A stretch of DNA of 64,000 bases, taken from assembly GCF_001194135.2 (NCBI RefSeq), contig NC_068994.1, forward strand, positions 44,471,759 to 44,535,758, read 5' to 3'. Shown here in pieces: positions 50,587 through 64,000 of the stretch. A program made the translations under genes and the position numbers. Numbering within the stretch: the stretch's first letter is position 1; each line of letters starts with the position of its first letter. This DNA comes from Octopus bimaculoides (lineage: Eukaryota). The notes beneath the pieces were generated by a model. It searched no databases and had not been told where the DNA came from. It was given only the letters and a program-made list of their open reading frames with translations.

Positions 50587-51964
50587 CTCTGATTTCCAAT
50601 TATAACCAGGAGGAATGCACTGCTCAATGTGGAAAGCACTCTGCAAAAATTGGATGGCATTAGGAAGGGCATCCTGTCATAGAAACCATGCGAAAAGGGA
50701 CGGTAGAGCTTGGCGCAATGCTCTGGCTTACCAGCTTCGGTCAACCCATCCAACCCATGCCAGCATGGAAAACAGACGTTAAATAGTGATGATGATGAGG
50801 AGGAGGATGATGATAATGACGGTGATGATGATGACATGTAAGTGTGTGCATGTATGCATGTGTGTATGTGTGCATGTGTGTATGTGTTGTATATATAAAT
50901 GTTCCTCTAGTACCTCAGGAATGCATCTTTATGCAGAATCTACCAAAGAGCTCTTCTTATTACATCGTGTAGACTAAATCGACAAAAAAAACAAAAACTA
51001 AACAAAATTTGAAGCATTTATTTCAAAGCAGGTACCTAGAATCATATTTAATTCAATTACTCTACATAACATTATATCAATTTACAACCAAATACACACG
51101 TGCACAAGTGCACACAGAAACACACACACACACACACACACACATGCGCGCGCATACATTTATGAATACTGATGTAATAGTGTGAAACATTATAGCAAGT
51201 TGCATCTCTTCATGTCAAAAAGTCTAACTTGTCAAAAGTCTAACATTTAACACCCAGAGGCTGATGAAATAACTACCAGAATAAGTTATGAAGTAAATAC
51301 AAATAACAAAAATCTTTGAAAACAGTGCCCCAGCATGGCCACAGTTCAACGACTAAAACCAATAAAGACATAATAGAATTTTGAGAATTGGATTAGTGAT
51401 AAAATCCTTGAAGGCAGTACTCCAGCATGGTCGCTGTCCAATGATTAAAACCAGTACAAGAAAAACAGGGTCTGAGAAATAGGCTAGTGATAAATCTCTT
51501 GAAGGTGGTGCCCCAGCATGGCCACTGCCCAATGACTAAAACCAACAAAGGGATAATAGAATCTTAGGAATGGATTAGCAGCAATTTATATATTTATTCA
51601 AATATTTCTTTGTCAGGATTTACCTGTCTCTGGAAATACTACTCAGATTTCTTTATCTCTGACTATACGTAGAAATTCTATCAAAGAATCACCGTCTATT
51701 TGGAATGCCTGAGTAGATTATGGTTACATGTTGTTCTTCCTCGAGATACATACTTCCTCCAGGTTTCATTCTTGGGTATGTTGAATGTGTAGTATTGAAT
51801 ACATCATGTGGTATCTCATATTTCTAACAAAAGAGGTTTTTTCCTGTTAAAGCAATGCCAATTGTTTGTGGGTTAAAAGCTAGATCACCTAAAACAGCAA
51901 TTTTGCTTCTTTGTGTCTTGCTACAAGAGTTCTAGTTGCTAGCAACAGATTTCATACAGTTGGA

Positions 51965-52700
51965 TACACTTTTACACTTTTACTTGTTTCAGTCATTTTG
52001 ACTGTGGCCATGCTGGAGCACCGCCTTTTACTCAAAGAAATTGACCCCTGGACTTATTCTTTGTAAGCCTGTTACTTATTCTATCGGTCTCTTTTGCCGA
52101 ACCACTAGGTTACCGGGATGTAAACACACCAACTTCAGTTGTCAAGTAATGGTGGAGAGACAAACACAGACACAGACACACAAATATACATATATTTAAA
52201 TACAACAGGATTCTTTCAGTTTCTATCTACCAAATTCACTCATAAGGCTTTGGTTGGCCTGAGGCTATTGTAGATGACACCTACTGAAGGTGCATGCAGT
52301 GGAACTGAACCTAGAACCATGTGGTTGAGAAACAAGCTTCTTACCACACAGCCATGCCTGCGTCTATGATAATTGATCTTATCTTTTACTTGTTTCAGTC
52401 ATTAGATTATGGCCATGCTAGGGCACAGCCTTAAAGGATATCTTGTCGAATGAATTGACCCTAGTATTTATTTTCTTCTTAAGCCTGATAGTTATTCTAT
52501 GAATCTCTCCTGCCGAATTGCTAAGTTACACAGATGTAAACACATCAACAATAACACCAGTTGTGTAGAGGCGATGGGGAACAAATACAGACACATAATT
52601 ACAAACATACACACATACGATGGGCTTCTTTCAGTTTCCATCTACCAAGTCCACTTCAAATGACTGAAACAAGTAAAAGAACAAAAGAATAAAGATAAAC
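51965..52700 (-). mobile_element. Stacked SINE family A copies (51965-52372 minus, 52380-52650 minus, short plus tail at about 52660-52695)
   Basis: Module matches to 13207-13612. Confidence 0.8.
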
Positions 52701-53307
52701 GGGGATGTGTGTGTGTGAGAGAGAGGGAGAGGGAGAGGAGAGAGAGAGGGAGAGAGAGAGCAAGAGAGAGAGAGCAAGAGAGAGAGAGCAAGAGAGAGNN
52801 NNNNNNNNNNNNNNNNNNNNNNNNNNNNNNNNNNNNNNNNNNNNNNNNNNNNNNNNNNNNNNNNNNNNNNNNNNNNNNNNNNNNNNNNNNNNNNNNNNNN
52901 NNNNNNNNNNNNNNNNNNNNNNNNNNNNNNNNNNNNNNNNNNNNNNNNNNNNNNNNNNNNNNNNNNNNNNNNNNNNNNNNNNNNNNNNNNNNNNNNNNNN
53001 NNNNNNNNNNNNNNNNNNNNNNNNNNNNNNNNNNNNNNNNNNNNNNNNNNNNNNNNNNNNNNNNNNNNNNNNNNNNNNNNNNNNNNNNNNNNNNNNNNNN
53101 NNNNNNNNNNNNNNNNNNNNNNNNNNNNNNNNNNNNNNNNNNNNNNNNNNNNNNNNNNNNNNNNNNNNNNNNNNNNNNNNNNNNNNNNNNNNNNNNNNNN
53201 NNNNNNNNNNNNNNNNNNNNNNNNNNNNNNNNNNNNNNNNNNNNNNNNNNNNNNNNNNNNNNNNNNNNNNNNNNNNNNNNNNNNNNNNNNNNNNNNNNNN
53301 NNNNNNN

Positions 53308-53362
<55 letters not shown>

Positions 53363-54634
53363 CTATGTGTGTTTGTCATTGTGTCTGTGTTCATCCCCCA
53401 TCACTGCTTGACAAACTGTGTTGGTGTGTTTACATCCCCCCACAACTTAGTGGTTCAGCAAAAGGAGAATGATAGACTAAGTACTAGGCTTAAGATAATA
53501 AGTCCTGGGTGGGGTCAATTTGATTGACTAAAACTCTTCAAGGTGATGCTCCAGCATGGGCTCAGTCAAATGACTGAAATAACTTAAAGAATAAAAGAAT
53601 AATGGTTGCTTGTACATGTGTGTATGTGAGAGAAAGAGGGAGAGAGAGAGAGAGAGAGGGTGGGAGAGAGAATACAGAAATTTCACTTAACTAGTCTTTC
53701 TTGTTCTCATTCCTACGAAATAAAGTCCACGGTCATCTACTCAGGTGGTCCACGAGATTTAGTTAATGACTTACTGTTAGAGGTAATGGTAATAAAGGAG
53801 TGGAAGAAGTTCTCAAAGATACGATTGTTGTTGGCAACAATTGATTACAAGAGAGAACTTCTACGCAGTAACTCAGCCAGCTAGGATTAGCAGACAGCCC
53901 ACTCTCAGACCACACCTTAGTATCTTCAATAAAGGATGTATTGAACAATATAGTCTCTGATAGGTGAAATAATGGGATGGTCATAACTAGAATACCTCTG
54001 ATAATAAATCTTTTTTAATGAAAATTGACTGAGCTTAACAAGAGCAAGAGAAAAACATTTCTTTTTTAAAGAGTAATGTAATTTGCAGGAAACATTGCAA
54101 TTTATGTAACTAATATAAATGTTTGAAAAAGAACCATTTGAGCTATGCAGGTGAGAATTTGTAAGGTGATGTCAGAAAACATTATTTTAACATATATAAG
54201 TCGTTCAATGATCCTATGATCCATCACAAAATATAGAATCATTAAACAAGGTAATACAATTTTTCTTTCTTTTTTATTTTCTGACATACCTGAAATATTT
54301 TGCTTAAGTCCTCACCTGCATTGTTCAAAGGTTTTTTTTCTTTCTTTCATTTTTTACAAATATTTATGTCATTTCTTTCAACATGAAATTGACTAACTGT
54401 ACAGAGTAAGCATGTAAAAAAGTATGGCAATTTTTGGTAGTAAGATACACACATTGACAGTGAAGAGTGGGACAAGTGAGAAACAGGGCAGACACAATTC
54501 ACTGGGACAGCTTATGTAAAATGCAGGAAAGAAAAAAATGCTACTGACTTGAGAATGTAGCTTAGTGTTACTAACAGATACAACTGACATGTATACTATA
54601 TTATATATACATGTGTGTGTGTGTGTGTGTGTGT

Positions 54635-55040
54635 ATCATCATCACCATTATCATCGTTTAACATCTGCTTTCCATGCTGGCATGGATTGGATGGTTTGAC
54701 TAAGGACTGGCAAGCTAGGAGGCTGCACCAGGCTCCAATCTGATCTGGCAAGGTTTCTACAGCTGGATGTCCTTCCTAAAGCCAACCAGTCCGAGAGTGT
54801 AGAGGGTGCTTTTAACATGCCACCGGCACAGGTGCCAGTCAGGCAGCACTGGCATCGACCATGTTCAGATGGTAGTTTTTACATGTCACCGGCACGGGAT
54901 ACAGTCAGGGAGCACTGGCATCGACCACATTCAGATAGCAATTTTACATGCCACCAGCATGGGAGCCAATCAGAAGACACTGGCATCAACCACGTTTGGA
55001 TGATGCTTTTTACATGTCACAAGTATGGGAGCCAGTCAGG
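54635..55040 (-). mobile_element. RTE-type 3' tail with about 60-bp tandem repeats
   Basis: Reverse complement of the 2270-2670 tail; repeated acatg.caccggcac...cagtcagg..gcactggcatcgacca units. Confidence 0.85.
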
Positions 55041-55059
55041 CTTTATATATTTCTAATTT

Positions 55060-55795
55060 TACACAGGCGCATTGTTTGATTTTGATTTTGTCAACTACAC
55101 AGTATACACTATCAGTAATAAAAACAGCACCATGACACAATTCACTCTGCCAGAAATTCAGAAACAACATGCTATGCTGTACTGCTTGGCATTCATACCG
55201 GAAGCTCCAATACAAACATTTCAGAGTGTTTGGGTGTCAGTCTGAGGACAATGCAATCTGAGGATATGTATCAAGAGCGATAAAAATCAAAGATCCAGTC
55301 AACATCATGGTGTTTGGAGTGATCACTAATGATGGTGATGTTATGCCTCCATTCATCTTCCCACACAGCCTCATACTTAACATAGAGGCCTACATCAAGT
55401 GCTTGGAAGAGGTAGCGTTACCCTGGGTCAAGAGAGTGACCCAACACCTGGCAACAGGACTCTGCACCATGCCAGACAAGCAGGAGAACCCAGTCATGGT
55501 TGTCGGACAATTTCTGCGACCACATCACCCCTAACATTTGGCCACCCAACTCTCCAGACTGCAACCCCCTTGATTATTATGTGTGGGGCACAGTTGAGCA
55601 AGAGACCAACAAAACTCCTTCTAACACCAAAGATGAACTGAAGGCAAGGATTATGGCAGCATTCACCAACTTAAACAAGGAGACCATCTAGAAGAGTTGC
55701 AGGGGATTCTGAAGTCGTCTGGTGGCAGTGGTTGAAGCCAATGGCGCTTTGATTGAATAAATTTACTCTTAGCATTTCAAGATATTTTTATGTAA
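55060..55795 (+). mobile_element. Internally deleted DD37D (maT-type) Tc1/mariner transposon
   Basis: MVFGVITNDGDVMPPFIF..CLEEVALPWVKRV, frameshift, then WQQDSAPCQTSRRTQSWLSDNFCDHITPNIWPPNSPDCNPLDYYVWG. There are 37 residues between the second and third catalytic Asp. Confidence 0.85.
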
Positions 55796-56012
55796 TTACT
55801 GGGTTCGATTTGTTTGACTAAACTCGTCAAGGTGGTGCCCCAGCATGGCTGCCATCCAATGACTGATGCAGGTGCTGTGTGCTGAGTGCAAGGGTGAACC
55901 CGTGCTGGAGGAAGACATGGAAACAAGTGATGACATCATATCTTAAAAGGTTGGGCCACCAAGCTGAGAGATGAGATAACTTCATATTAGAATGGGAAGC
56001 AATATACTGAAG

Positions 56013-56114
56013 CTATTCAACCCACGCTAGCATGGGAAAAACGGACATTAAAGCACTGATGACGTTGATGGTGGTGATGATGATGATGATGATGATGACG
56101 ACGACAACGAGGAC

Positions 56115-56149
<35 letters not shown>

Positions 56150-56219
56150 CGATGACGAAGATGATGATGATGATGACGATGACAACAATGACGATGAGGA
56201 CGATGATGATGACGATGAC

Positions 56220-56254
<35 letters not shown>

Positions 56255-56590
56255 CGATGACAACGATGACGATGAGGACGATGATGATGATGATGACGAT
56301 GACGATGATGATGATGATGATGATAACAACGACGACGACGATGATGATGATGATGATGACGATGATAATGATGGTGATGACAATGATGAGGAGGGGGCAA
56401 AGGCGATGCAAGTGGAAGGGGAAGAGAAGGAATGAGACGGGGGTGGGGCTGATGCGAGTGGAAGGGGTGCGGAGGGGAGAAGAGGAAAACGATGATGATG
56501 ACGACAGCAACGAGGACAACAATGGTGACGATGATGATGATGATGATGATGATGATGATAGAGATAACAACAACAACAACAACAACAATG
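56013..56590 (+). repeat. RTE tail remnant followed by about 530 bp of (GAT/GAC)n
   Basis: aacccacgctagcatgggaaaaacggacattaaag then (GAT)n. Confidence 0.9.
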
Positions 56591-56798
56591 AAGATTGTGT
56601 GTTGTGGGTGTGTGTGAGTTTGCATTTTTTTCAGTCGGATGTTACGAATATCTATCTAAACACATGCCTACTGTTTACTGCAAGTTTACCCATCTGTAAA
56701 ATGGAATAAAACTATTTGATATATTTATAGTCATACACATACATACATACATACATACATACACACACATACACCCACACACAGATAGATAGGCAGGC

Positions 56799-56889
<91 letters not shown>

Positions 56890-57049
56890 TACCATTTGTA
56901 TGTAGAAGAATAGTGTGAAGTATGGAAATGGGAAATTCAGTGTAGCAACAGAGTGAAAACTCAACTTTAAATAAATTAATCTACTTTACTGCATGTATTG
57001 AGTACTTTCTGTTTTTGCTTATGAATTGAAATGAGATATACTTATTTCT

Positions 57050-57275
57050 TTATTGCCCACAAGGAGCTAAGCTTAGAGGGGACAAACAAGGACAGACAAA
57101 GGGATTAATTCGATTACATCAACCCAGTGCGTAACTGGTACTTAATTTATCGACTCCGGAAGGATGAAAGGCAAAGTTGACCGTGGCAGAATTTGAACTC
57201 TGAACATAAAGACAGACGAAATACCGCTAAGCATTTCGCCCGGCGTCCTAACGTTTCTGCCAGCTCGCTGCCTTG
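57050..57275 (-). mobile_element. SINE family B
   Basis: Close reverse-complement match to 5355-5500. Confidence 0.85.
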
Positions 57276-58194
57276 AAATAAGACATACACACACATACAC
57301 ATATAAATATATATGTGTGTGTTTGTATGTATATATACATGAAACAGAATTATTAGTGAGAGATTGTCAATCTGGACAAAATGCTTCATGAATAGTCTCT
57401 GTTAGTACATCAGGTCAACAATATTATTTAGATTAGTAAAGAACTCAATGCATTCTAGTGGCAGGGTCCAAGGTTATAGTTCATTACCATTCTATATTAT
57501 AAATCCATGGTTGCGTTCCATTTCTACAGGACTTTACCCAGAGATATACAAGACAAGACATAACGAATGGATGTTACATATTTTTCTTTATTGCAGTAAA
57601 TTTAACTTACAACTGTTTCCAGTAGTTGTTATAGGTTCATTATTGATAGATTTACTCGGTTGACCCATTGATCAGTTGAGAAAAATTAGACAATCTAAAA
57701 AATTAATGCTCCTTTCACCAGAAATGTCTCTGACGAAAGTAGCATGAATTTTTTAGGTAATACAATTTTTTTCAACCAGTCAATGGGCCAAGTGAGTAAA
57801 CTTATCAATAACAAACGTATAATGACTACTGGAAACAGCTGTAAGTCAAATTTGCCACAATAAAGAAAACTATGTAACAACCATTATTCATGTCTCATTA
57901 TGTATGTATGTATGTATGTATATAAATATGTGTGTAGAGAGAGGGGGAGGGGGGAGAGGTGGAGATGGAGAGAGAGAGAGAGAGATACATGCATACACAC
58001 ACGCACACACACACACACACACACACACTTACATACCAGATCCTGTCAAACTGTCCAACACATGCCAGTATAGATAGCAGATGTTAAATGATGATGTGAT
58101 ATATATATATATATATATATATACACGGTGGTGCATCAGCATGGCCGCAGCTCTGAGCTGATACTTTGAAATGAAAAATATATATATATATGTA

Positions 58195-58230
<36 letters not shown>

Positions 58231-58288
58231 TGTATGTATGTATGCGTGTGTGTATGTATGTGTGTGTGTGCGTGTGTGTGTGTGTATG

Positions 58289-58320
<32 letters not shown>

Positions 58321-58409
58321 CATATATATATATATCATTATCATCATCATCATCGTTTAACATTCGCTTTCCATGCTAGCATGGGTTCGACGATTTGACT
58401 GAGGACTGG

Positions 58410-58579
58410 CGAACTGGATGGTTGCACCTTGGGCAAGCATCTTCTACAACAGCCCCAGGCCGGCCAAAGACTTGTGAGTGGATTCCGTAGATGGAAACTG
58501 AAAGAAGTCTGTTGTATACATATACAGACAGACAGATAGACGGACAGACAGACAGACAGGCAGACAGATAGATAGATAG

Positions 58580-58613
<34 letters not shown>

Positions 58614-59375
58614 GTGTTTGGTCCCCACCACCACTTGATAACTGATATTGGTGTGTTTACATCCCTGTAACATAGAGGCTCAGCCAAAAGACGCGGAATA
58701 AGCAGCAGGCTTTACTAGGGTCGATCCGTTCGACTAAAAATTCTTCAAGGCAGTGCCCCAGCATGGTCTCAGTCTAATGACAGAAACAAATAAAAGAAAG
58801 AAAAAACCCAGCACTGATAATATGGCTTTGATGAATATGCGCGGCGGGGAGTAGCAGGGCTTCCTCTCTCACATTCTTATCAGCCCTTTATGTTCTTCCC
58901 TCTTATCTCTTTCATCTCCCACACATTCTGCAAACTTCTGTTCTCGGTGCTATCAAAAACAATCAAAACCATTTTCACACCCCAATGAAAGGCTTCTCTC
59001 AAAATCTCTGAGTATTTTCTTTTCCCCCATGCCATGCAAAACTTGTCTAATTTTCTGAATTTCGTGAAATAATCTTTGCCGGCAAACTCTGCATGTTATT
59101 TACCAAATTAAAGAATTATCTTTCGTTCTTTTTTTGTTTTATTTTAATCTTTTACTTGTTTCAGTCATCGGACTATGGCAATACTGGAGCATTGCCTTGA
59201 AGAATTTAGTTGAACAAATCTGGTACTTATTTTGACATTCGCTGAACTAAGATGTTATGAGGAAGTAAATAAACCAACACCAGTTGTCAAGTGGTATTTG
59301 TGGAGGGGATCAAACACACTCAGATCCACACACATACATACACAACTGGCTTCTACAGTTTCTATCTACTAAATA
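58410..59375. mobile_element. SINE family A copies (58410-58800 plus; 59145-59375 minus)
   Basis: Module matches. Confidence 0.75.
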
Positions 59376-59390
59376 TATACATATATGTAT

Positions 59391-59474
<84 letters not shown>

Positions 59475-59574
59475 ATATATGGTTATATATGTATATATAT
59501 GGTTATATATGCATGCATGTGTACATATATATATATATATATGTATGTATGATTATTCAAATTTACAGAAAACA

Positions 59575-59807
59575 AAAGACAAAGACAGATGTAGAAACAA
59601 CAAGCAGGTGTATTAGTTTAACACTTGGGAAGAATGGAAAAGTCTTTTACGTTTCTACACTCTTTGACAGAAAGGATTAAGAGGAAAAAAAAGAGAGACA
59701 AAAAAAATTTTTTTTAGAGATTAACAGTTCAATATGATGAAATAGCCAGAAGAAAGCTGAATGAATATATATATATATATGTTTGTATGCATATATATAC
59801 ATATACG

Positions 59808-59861
<54 letters not shown>

Positions 59862-60330
59862 TATATGGCTACAGGACGTCACCAACACTAAACACTATGA
59901 AATACGAAAACAAATGAGTTAAATATGCAAACAACGAGAGAACAAAATGGAAAACAGGCCAAGTAACACAAAGAACAACCCTTCATCAGTTGTCGGCTGT
60001 CTATCTCTTCCTCATTTCGAGCATTGAATGACAATACGAGTCTTCGAAGACAGTTGCTCCCATAAATACCAAAATAAAATTTTGAATTTATGGAGGGTCA
60101 AAGTTGGGAACAAAAACAGGACACTGGAGACATATAAGAAAACCGAACGAAAACAAACATGGAGGGTCATTAGACCAGAACAACGGTAAAATAGTGAACG
60201 CTGGAAAAATATTTTCTTTGAAAAGAGAAAAGACAGAAGAGAGATGTCCTGGAGGAAAAGAAAGATAGTCACGTGAGGAAAAGAAAGATGGACGATGGTC
60301 ACGTGTGAGCAACAAGAGAGAGAAAAAGAG
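59575..60330 (-). mobile_element. Non-autonomous repeat with hammerhead-like relic motifs, possibly PLE-derived
   Basis: Minus strand cttt CTGTCAA agagtgta GAAA CGTA aaag (about 59645-59680), and a CTGATGAAG motif near 59985; no intact ORF. Confidence 0.35.
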
Positions 60331-61422
60331 GAAGAGGGAGAGAGAGAAAGACAGATAGAAAACAGTGAAGGGGAGAAAAAGGGAACTAGAGAAGAATGGG
60401 GGAAGAAAACAGTATAGAGTAGAGTCACATCAAAAAGGTTAAGATAAATTTAGTTGGAAATGGATGCGTGGCATTCAATTAAATAATAGTATAAATAATA
60501 TATATGTATATATATATACAGAGAGAGAGAGAGAGAAATAGATAGACAGATAGATAGATAGATAGATAGATAGTTAGATGGATAGATAGATATATACACA
60601 CATATATATAAACATATATATATAATACATACAAATATATATATACACATATACATACATATATATGTATGTGTATATACATGCACATACACACATACAT
60701 TAATGTCCTACCTGGTTGGTATTGAAGTTAAGATAGCTGTAAAACAACAATGATTAATGAACTGAAGAGGGAAGCAGGAAAATACCTTGTCATGGATATG
60801 GGAATACCATTCAAGAGAAAGACCAAAATTAAGAACTAAGAACAAATCTTTGGTTTATAAGAAAACAAAATAGCTGCTGTATAGGTGGAATGGTTAGTGC
60901 TGCACCCAGTTTGGTACAGNNNNNNNNNNNNNNNNNNNNNNNNNNNNNNNNNNNNNNNNNNNNNNNNNNNNNNNNNNNNNNNNNNNNNNNNNNNNNNNNN
61001 NNNNNNNNNNNNNNNNNNNNNNNNNNNNNNNNNNNNNNNNNNNNNNNNNNNNNNNNNNNNNNNNNNNNNNNNNNNNNNNNNNNNNNNNNNNNNNNNNNNN
61101 NNNNNNNNNNNNNNNNNNNNNNNNNNNNNNNNNNNNNNNNNNNNNNNNNNNNNNNNNNNNNNNNNNNNNNNNNNNNNNNNNNNNNNNNNNNNNNNNNNNN
61201 NNNNNNNNNNNNNNNNNNNNNNNNNNNNNNNNNNNNNNNNNNNNNNNNNNNNNNNNNNNNNNNNNNNNNNNNNNNNNNNNNNNNNNNNNNNNNNNNNNNN
61301 NNNNNNNNNNNNNNNNNNNNNNNNNNNNNNNNNNNNNNNNNNNNNNNNNNNNNNNNNNNNNNNNNNNNNNNNNNNNNNNNNNNNNNNNNNNNNNNNNNNN
61401 NNNNNNNNNNNNNNNNNNNNNN

Positions 61423-61466
<44 letters not shown>

Positions 61467-62169
61467 GTATGTGTATATATCTATATTTATATATACATAT
61501 ATATATATACATACACACATGCGTGTTTGTGTGTGTGTGTGTGTGTATCATTGGTTATCTTAATCCGAAGATTAAGTAAACCTACCAAATATTAATGAAT
61601 TCAATACATGGAATGTAGAGTGATTTATGATTATTTTTATCATCATCATCACCATCCCCATCATCATCATCATCATTTTTCTTTCGTATGAATTTTAGTT
61701 CTTGTTTTTAATAAAGAATTTTTCAAAAAATCCTCACCTTCCATCTCTTTCCCTCTTTCTCTATCTCTCTATACATCTCTCTCTCGCCTTCCCACTTTCT
61801 CTCTCTTTCTCTCTATCTCTGCCTCCATCTTCCTCTATCTTTCTCTGTGTGTGTTCTGTGTGTGTACACACAGACAGACAGGTTCATAGGAATGGATAGA
61901 TTTATATATAAATACATAACATGTATACATACAATATACGTTTGAATATGTATCCATAATATGTGTGTGTGTGTGTGTGTGTGTCTGTATTTGTGTATAT
62001 GCATGAATATGTGTGTGTGTCTGTGCAGAAGTATTTTTTTAATACGTACATGAAACACTATACAAACACTTATACACATCCGTACACATTCACACATACA
62101 TGCATATGTATGAGAGTGCATGTATGTATGTATGTATGTATAAATATGTGTGTGTGTGTGTGTATTATT

Positions 62170-62382
62170 CTTTACTCCTTTACTTGTTTCAGTCATTTTG
62201 ACTGTGGCCATGCTGGAGCACCGCCTTTAGCCAAGCAAATCGACCCCAGGACTTATTTTTTGTAAGCCTAGTACTTATTCTATCTGTCTCTTTTGCCGAA
62301 CTGCTAAGTTACAGGGATGTAAACACACCAGCATCAGTTGTCAAGCGATGTTGGGGGGACAAACACAGACACACAAACACAT

Positions 62383-62429
<47 letters not shown>

Positions 62430-62499
62430 TACGACAGGCTTCTTTCAGTTTCCGTCTACCAAATCCACTCACAAGGCTTTGGTCGGCCTGAGGCTATAG
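62170..62499 (-). mobile_element. Young SINE family A (5' end in gap)
   Basis: Very similar to 35791-36085. Confidence 0.9.
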
Positions 62500-63564
62500 N
62501 NNNNNNNNNNNNNNNNNNNNNNNNNNNNNNNNNNNNNNNNNNNNNNNNNNNNNNNNNNNNNNNNNNNNNNNNNNNNNNNNNNNNNNNNNNNNNNNNNNNN
62601 NNNNNNNNNNNNNNNNNNNNNNNNNNNNNNNNNNNNNNNNNNNNNNNNNNNNNNNNNNNNNNNNNNNNNNNNNNNNNNNNNNNNNNNNNNNNNNNNNNNN
62701 NNNNNNNNNNNNNNNNNNNNNNNNNNNNNNNNNNNNNNNNNNNNNNNNNNNNNNNNNNNNNNNNNNNNNNNNNNNNNNNNNNNNNNNNNNNNNNNNNNNN
62801 NNNNNNNNNNNNNNNNNNNNNNNNNNNNNNNNNNNNNNNNNNNNNNNNNNNNNNNNNNNNNNNNNNNNNNNNNNNNNNNNNNNNNNNNNNNNNNNNNNNN
62901 NNNNNNNNNNNNNNNNNNNNNNNNNNNNNNNNNNNNNNNNNNNNNNNNNNNNNNNNNNNNNNNNNNNNNNNNNNNNNNNNNNNNNNNNNNNNNNNNNNNN
63001 NNNNNNNNNNNNNNNNNNNNNNNNNNNNNNNNNNNNNNNNNNNNNNNNNNNNNNNNNNNNNNNNNNNNNNNNNNNNNNNNNNNNNNNNNNNNNNNNNNNN
63101 NNNNNNNNNNNNNNNNNNNNNNNNNNNNNNNNNNNNNNNNNNNNNNNNNNNNNNNNNNNNNNNNNNNNNNNNNNNNNNNNNNNNNNNNNNNNNNNNNNNN
63201 NNNNNNNNNNNNNNNNNNNNNNNNNNNNNNNNNNNNNNNNNNNNNNNNNNNNNNNNNNNNNNNNNNNNNNNNNNNNNNNNNNNNNNNNNNNNAGAGTATT
63301 TAAGTTATACACATATGAAGAATGTTAGGATATTTTGAAAAACATTGTGAAATAAATCAGTGTGTATAATAAGAGCTGACATAGAGAAATGTAGAGATAT
63401 AGACATAAACAAAGAAAATTGTGCATGTGCACGTGTGCAACTGTTTCTGAGTGAGTGAGTGAGTGAGTGAGTGAGTGAATGAGAGTGTATATGTAGACAA
63501 AGAAACCAACATATAGAGCAATGCACTTTATAACTGCATATCATTAATTCAGAGAAACAACATC

Positions 63565-63636
<72 letters not shown>

Positions 63637-63654
63637 AGAGAGCCTCACTGTGGA

Positions 63655-63900
63655 CACTGGCTCTGCTAGAAACAACAGTCAAATCTTAATTCAAATCATG
63701 TATGATTGTTTTGCAAAAGAAACAAAGGACAGATGGTATAATGAGTGCAGTTCTTGAGGCACAGTAATATATGAAGAGAAAATGGAACAGATTGGTCATG
63801 GGTGGAATGCCTGTATGCCTTAATGAATTTGTTGATAGGTCAACTTGATCAGGTCAGCTGACCTGGGGTTAAGCAATAACATCAACAACAACAACAATGA
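63655..63900 (+). mobile_element. Family E copy
   Basis: ctgctagaaacaacagtcaaatc...ggtcatgggtggaatgcc...ctgacctggggttaagcaataacatcaacaac. Confidence 0.7.
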
Positions 63901-64000
63901 TATGTATACATAGATTTATATACATACATATGTATACATATATATATATGTACACACATACATACAATAAACTCATATGTTATTATATATATATATAAGA

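Noticed and set aside
56013-56709. Poly-Met/Ile/His/Ser ORFs in four frames
   Set aside because: All come from one (GAT/GAC)n array.

Overview
Repeat-saturated, AT-rich animal genomic DNA, almost certainly an octopus/coleoid cephalopod (inferred from the protocadherin sequence and the SINE/RTE content). It has 16 assembly gaps totalling about 6.4 kb. One protein-coding gene is supported: a minus-strand protocadherin. Its single large exon (acceptor at 33566, ATG at 33522, GTAAGT donor after 31147) encodes a signal peptide, six cadherin repeats, the TM helix and the start of the cytoplasmic tail. Its other exons could not be identified. The rest is tRNA-derived SINEs (families A-D, my own labels), a retroposon-like family E, RTE LINE fragments, Tc1/mariner relics and MITEs, Penelope-like element (PLE) relics, and very long di- and trinucleotide arrays. 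These arrays explain nearly all other ORFs in the track. The most striking observation is a small element at 4774-5172. It joins a tRNA-like Pol III head to a PLE-type tail carrying an intact minimal type-I hammerhead ribozyme, inside a fold-back with a second, antisense hammerhead. A catalytically dead copy sits beside the protocadherin donor, and other hammerhead-like relics and a decayed PLE GIY-YIG ORF lie elsewhere in the window.
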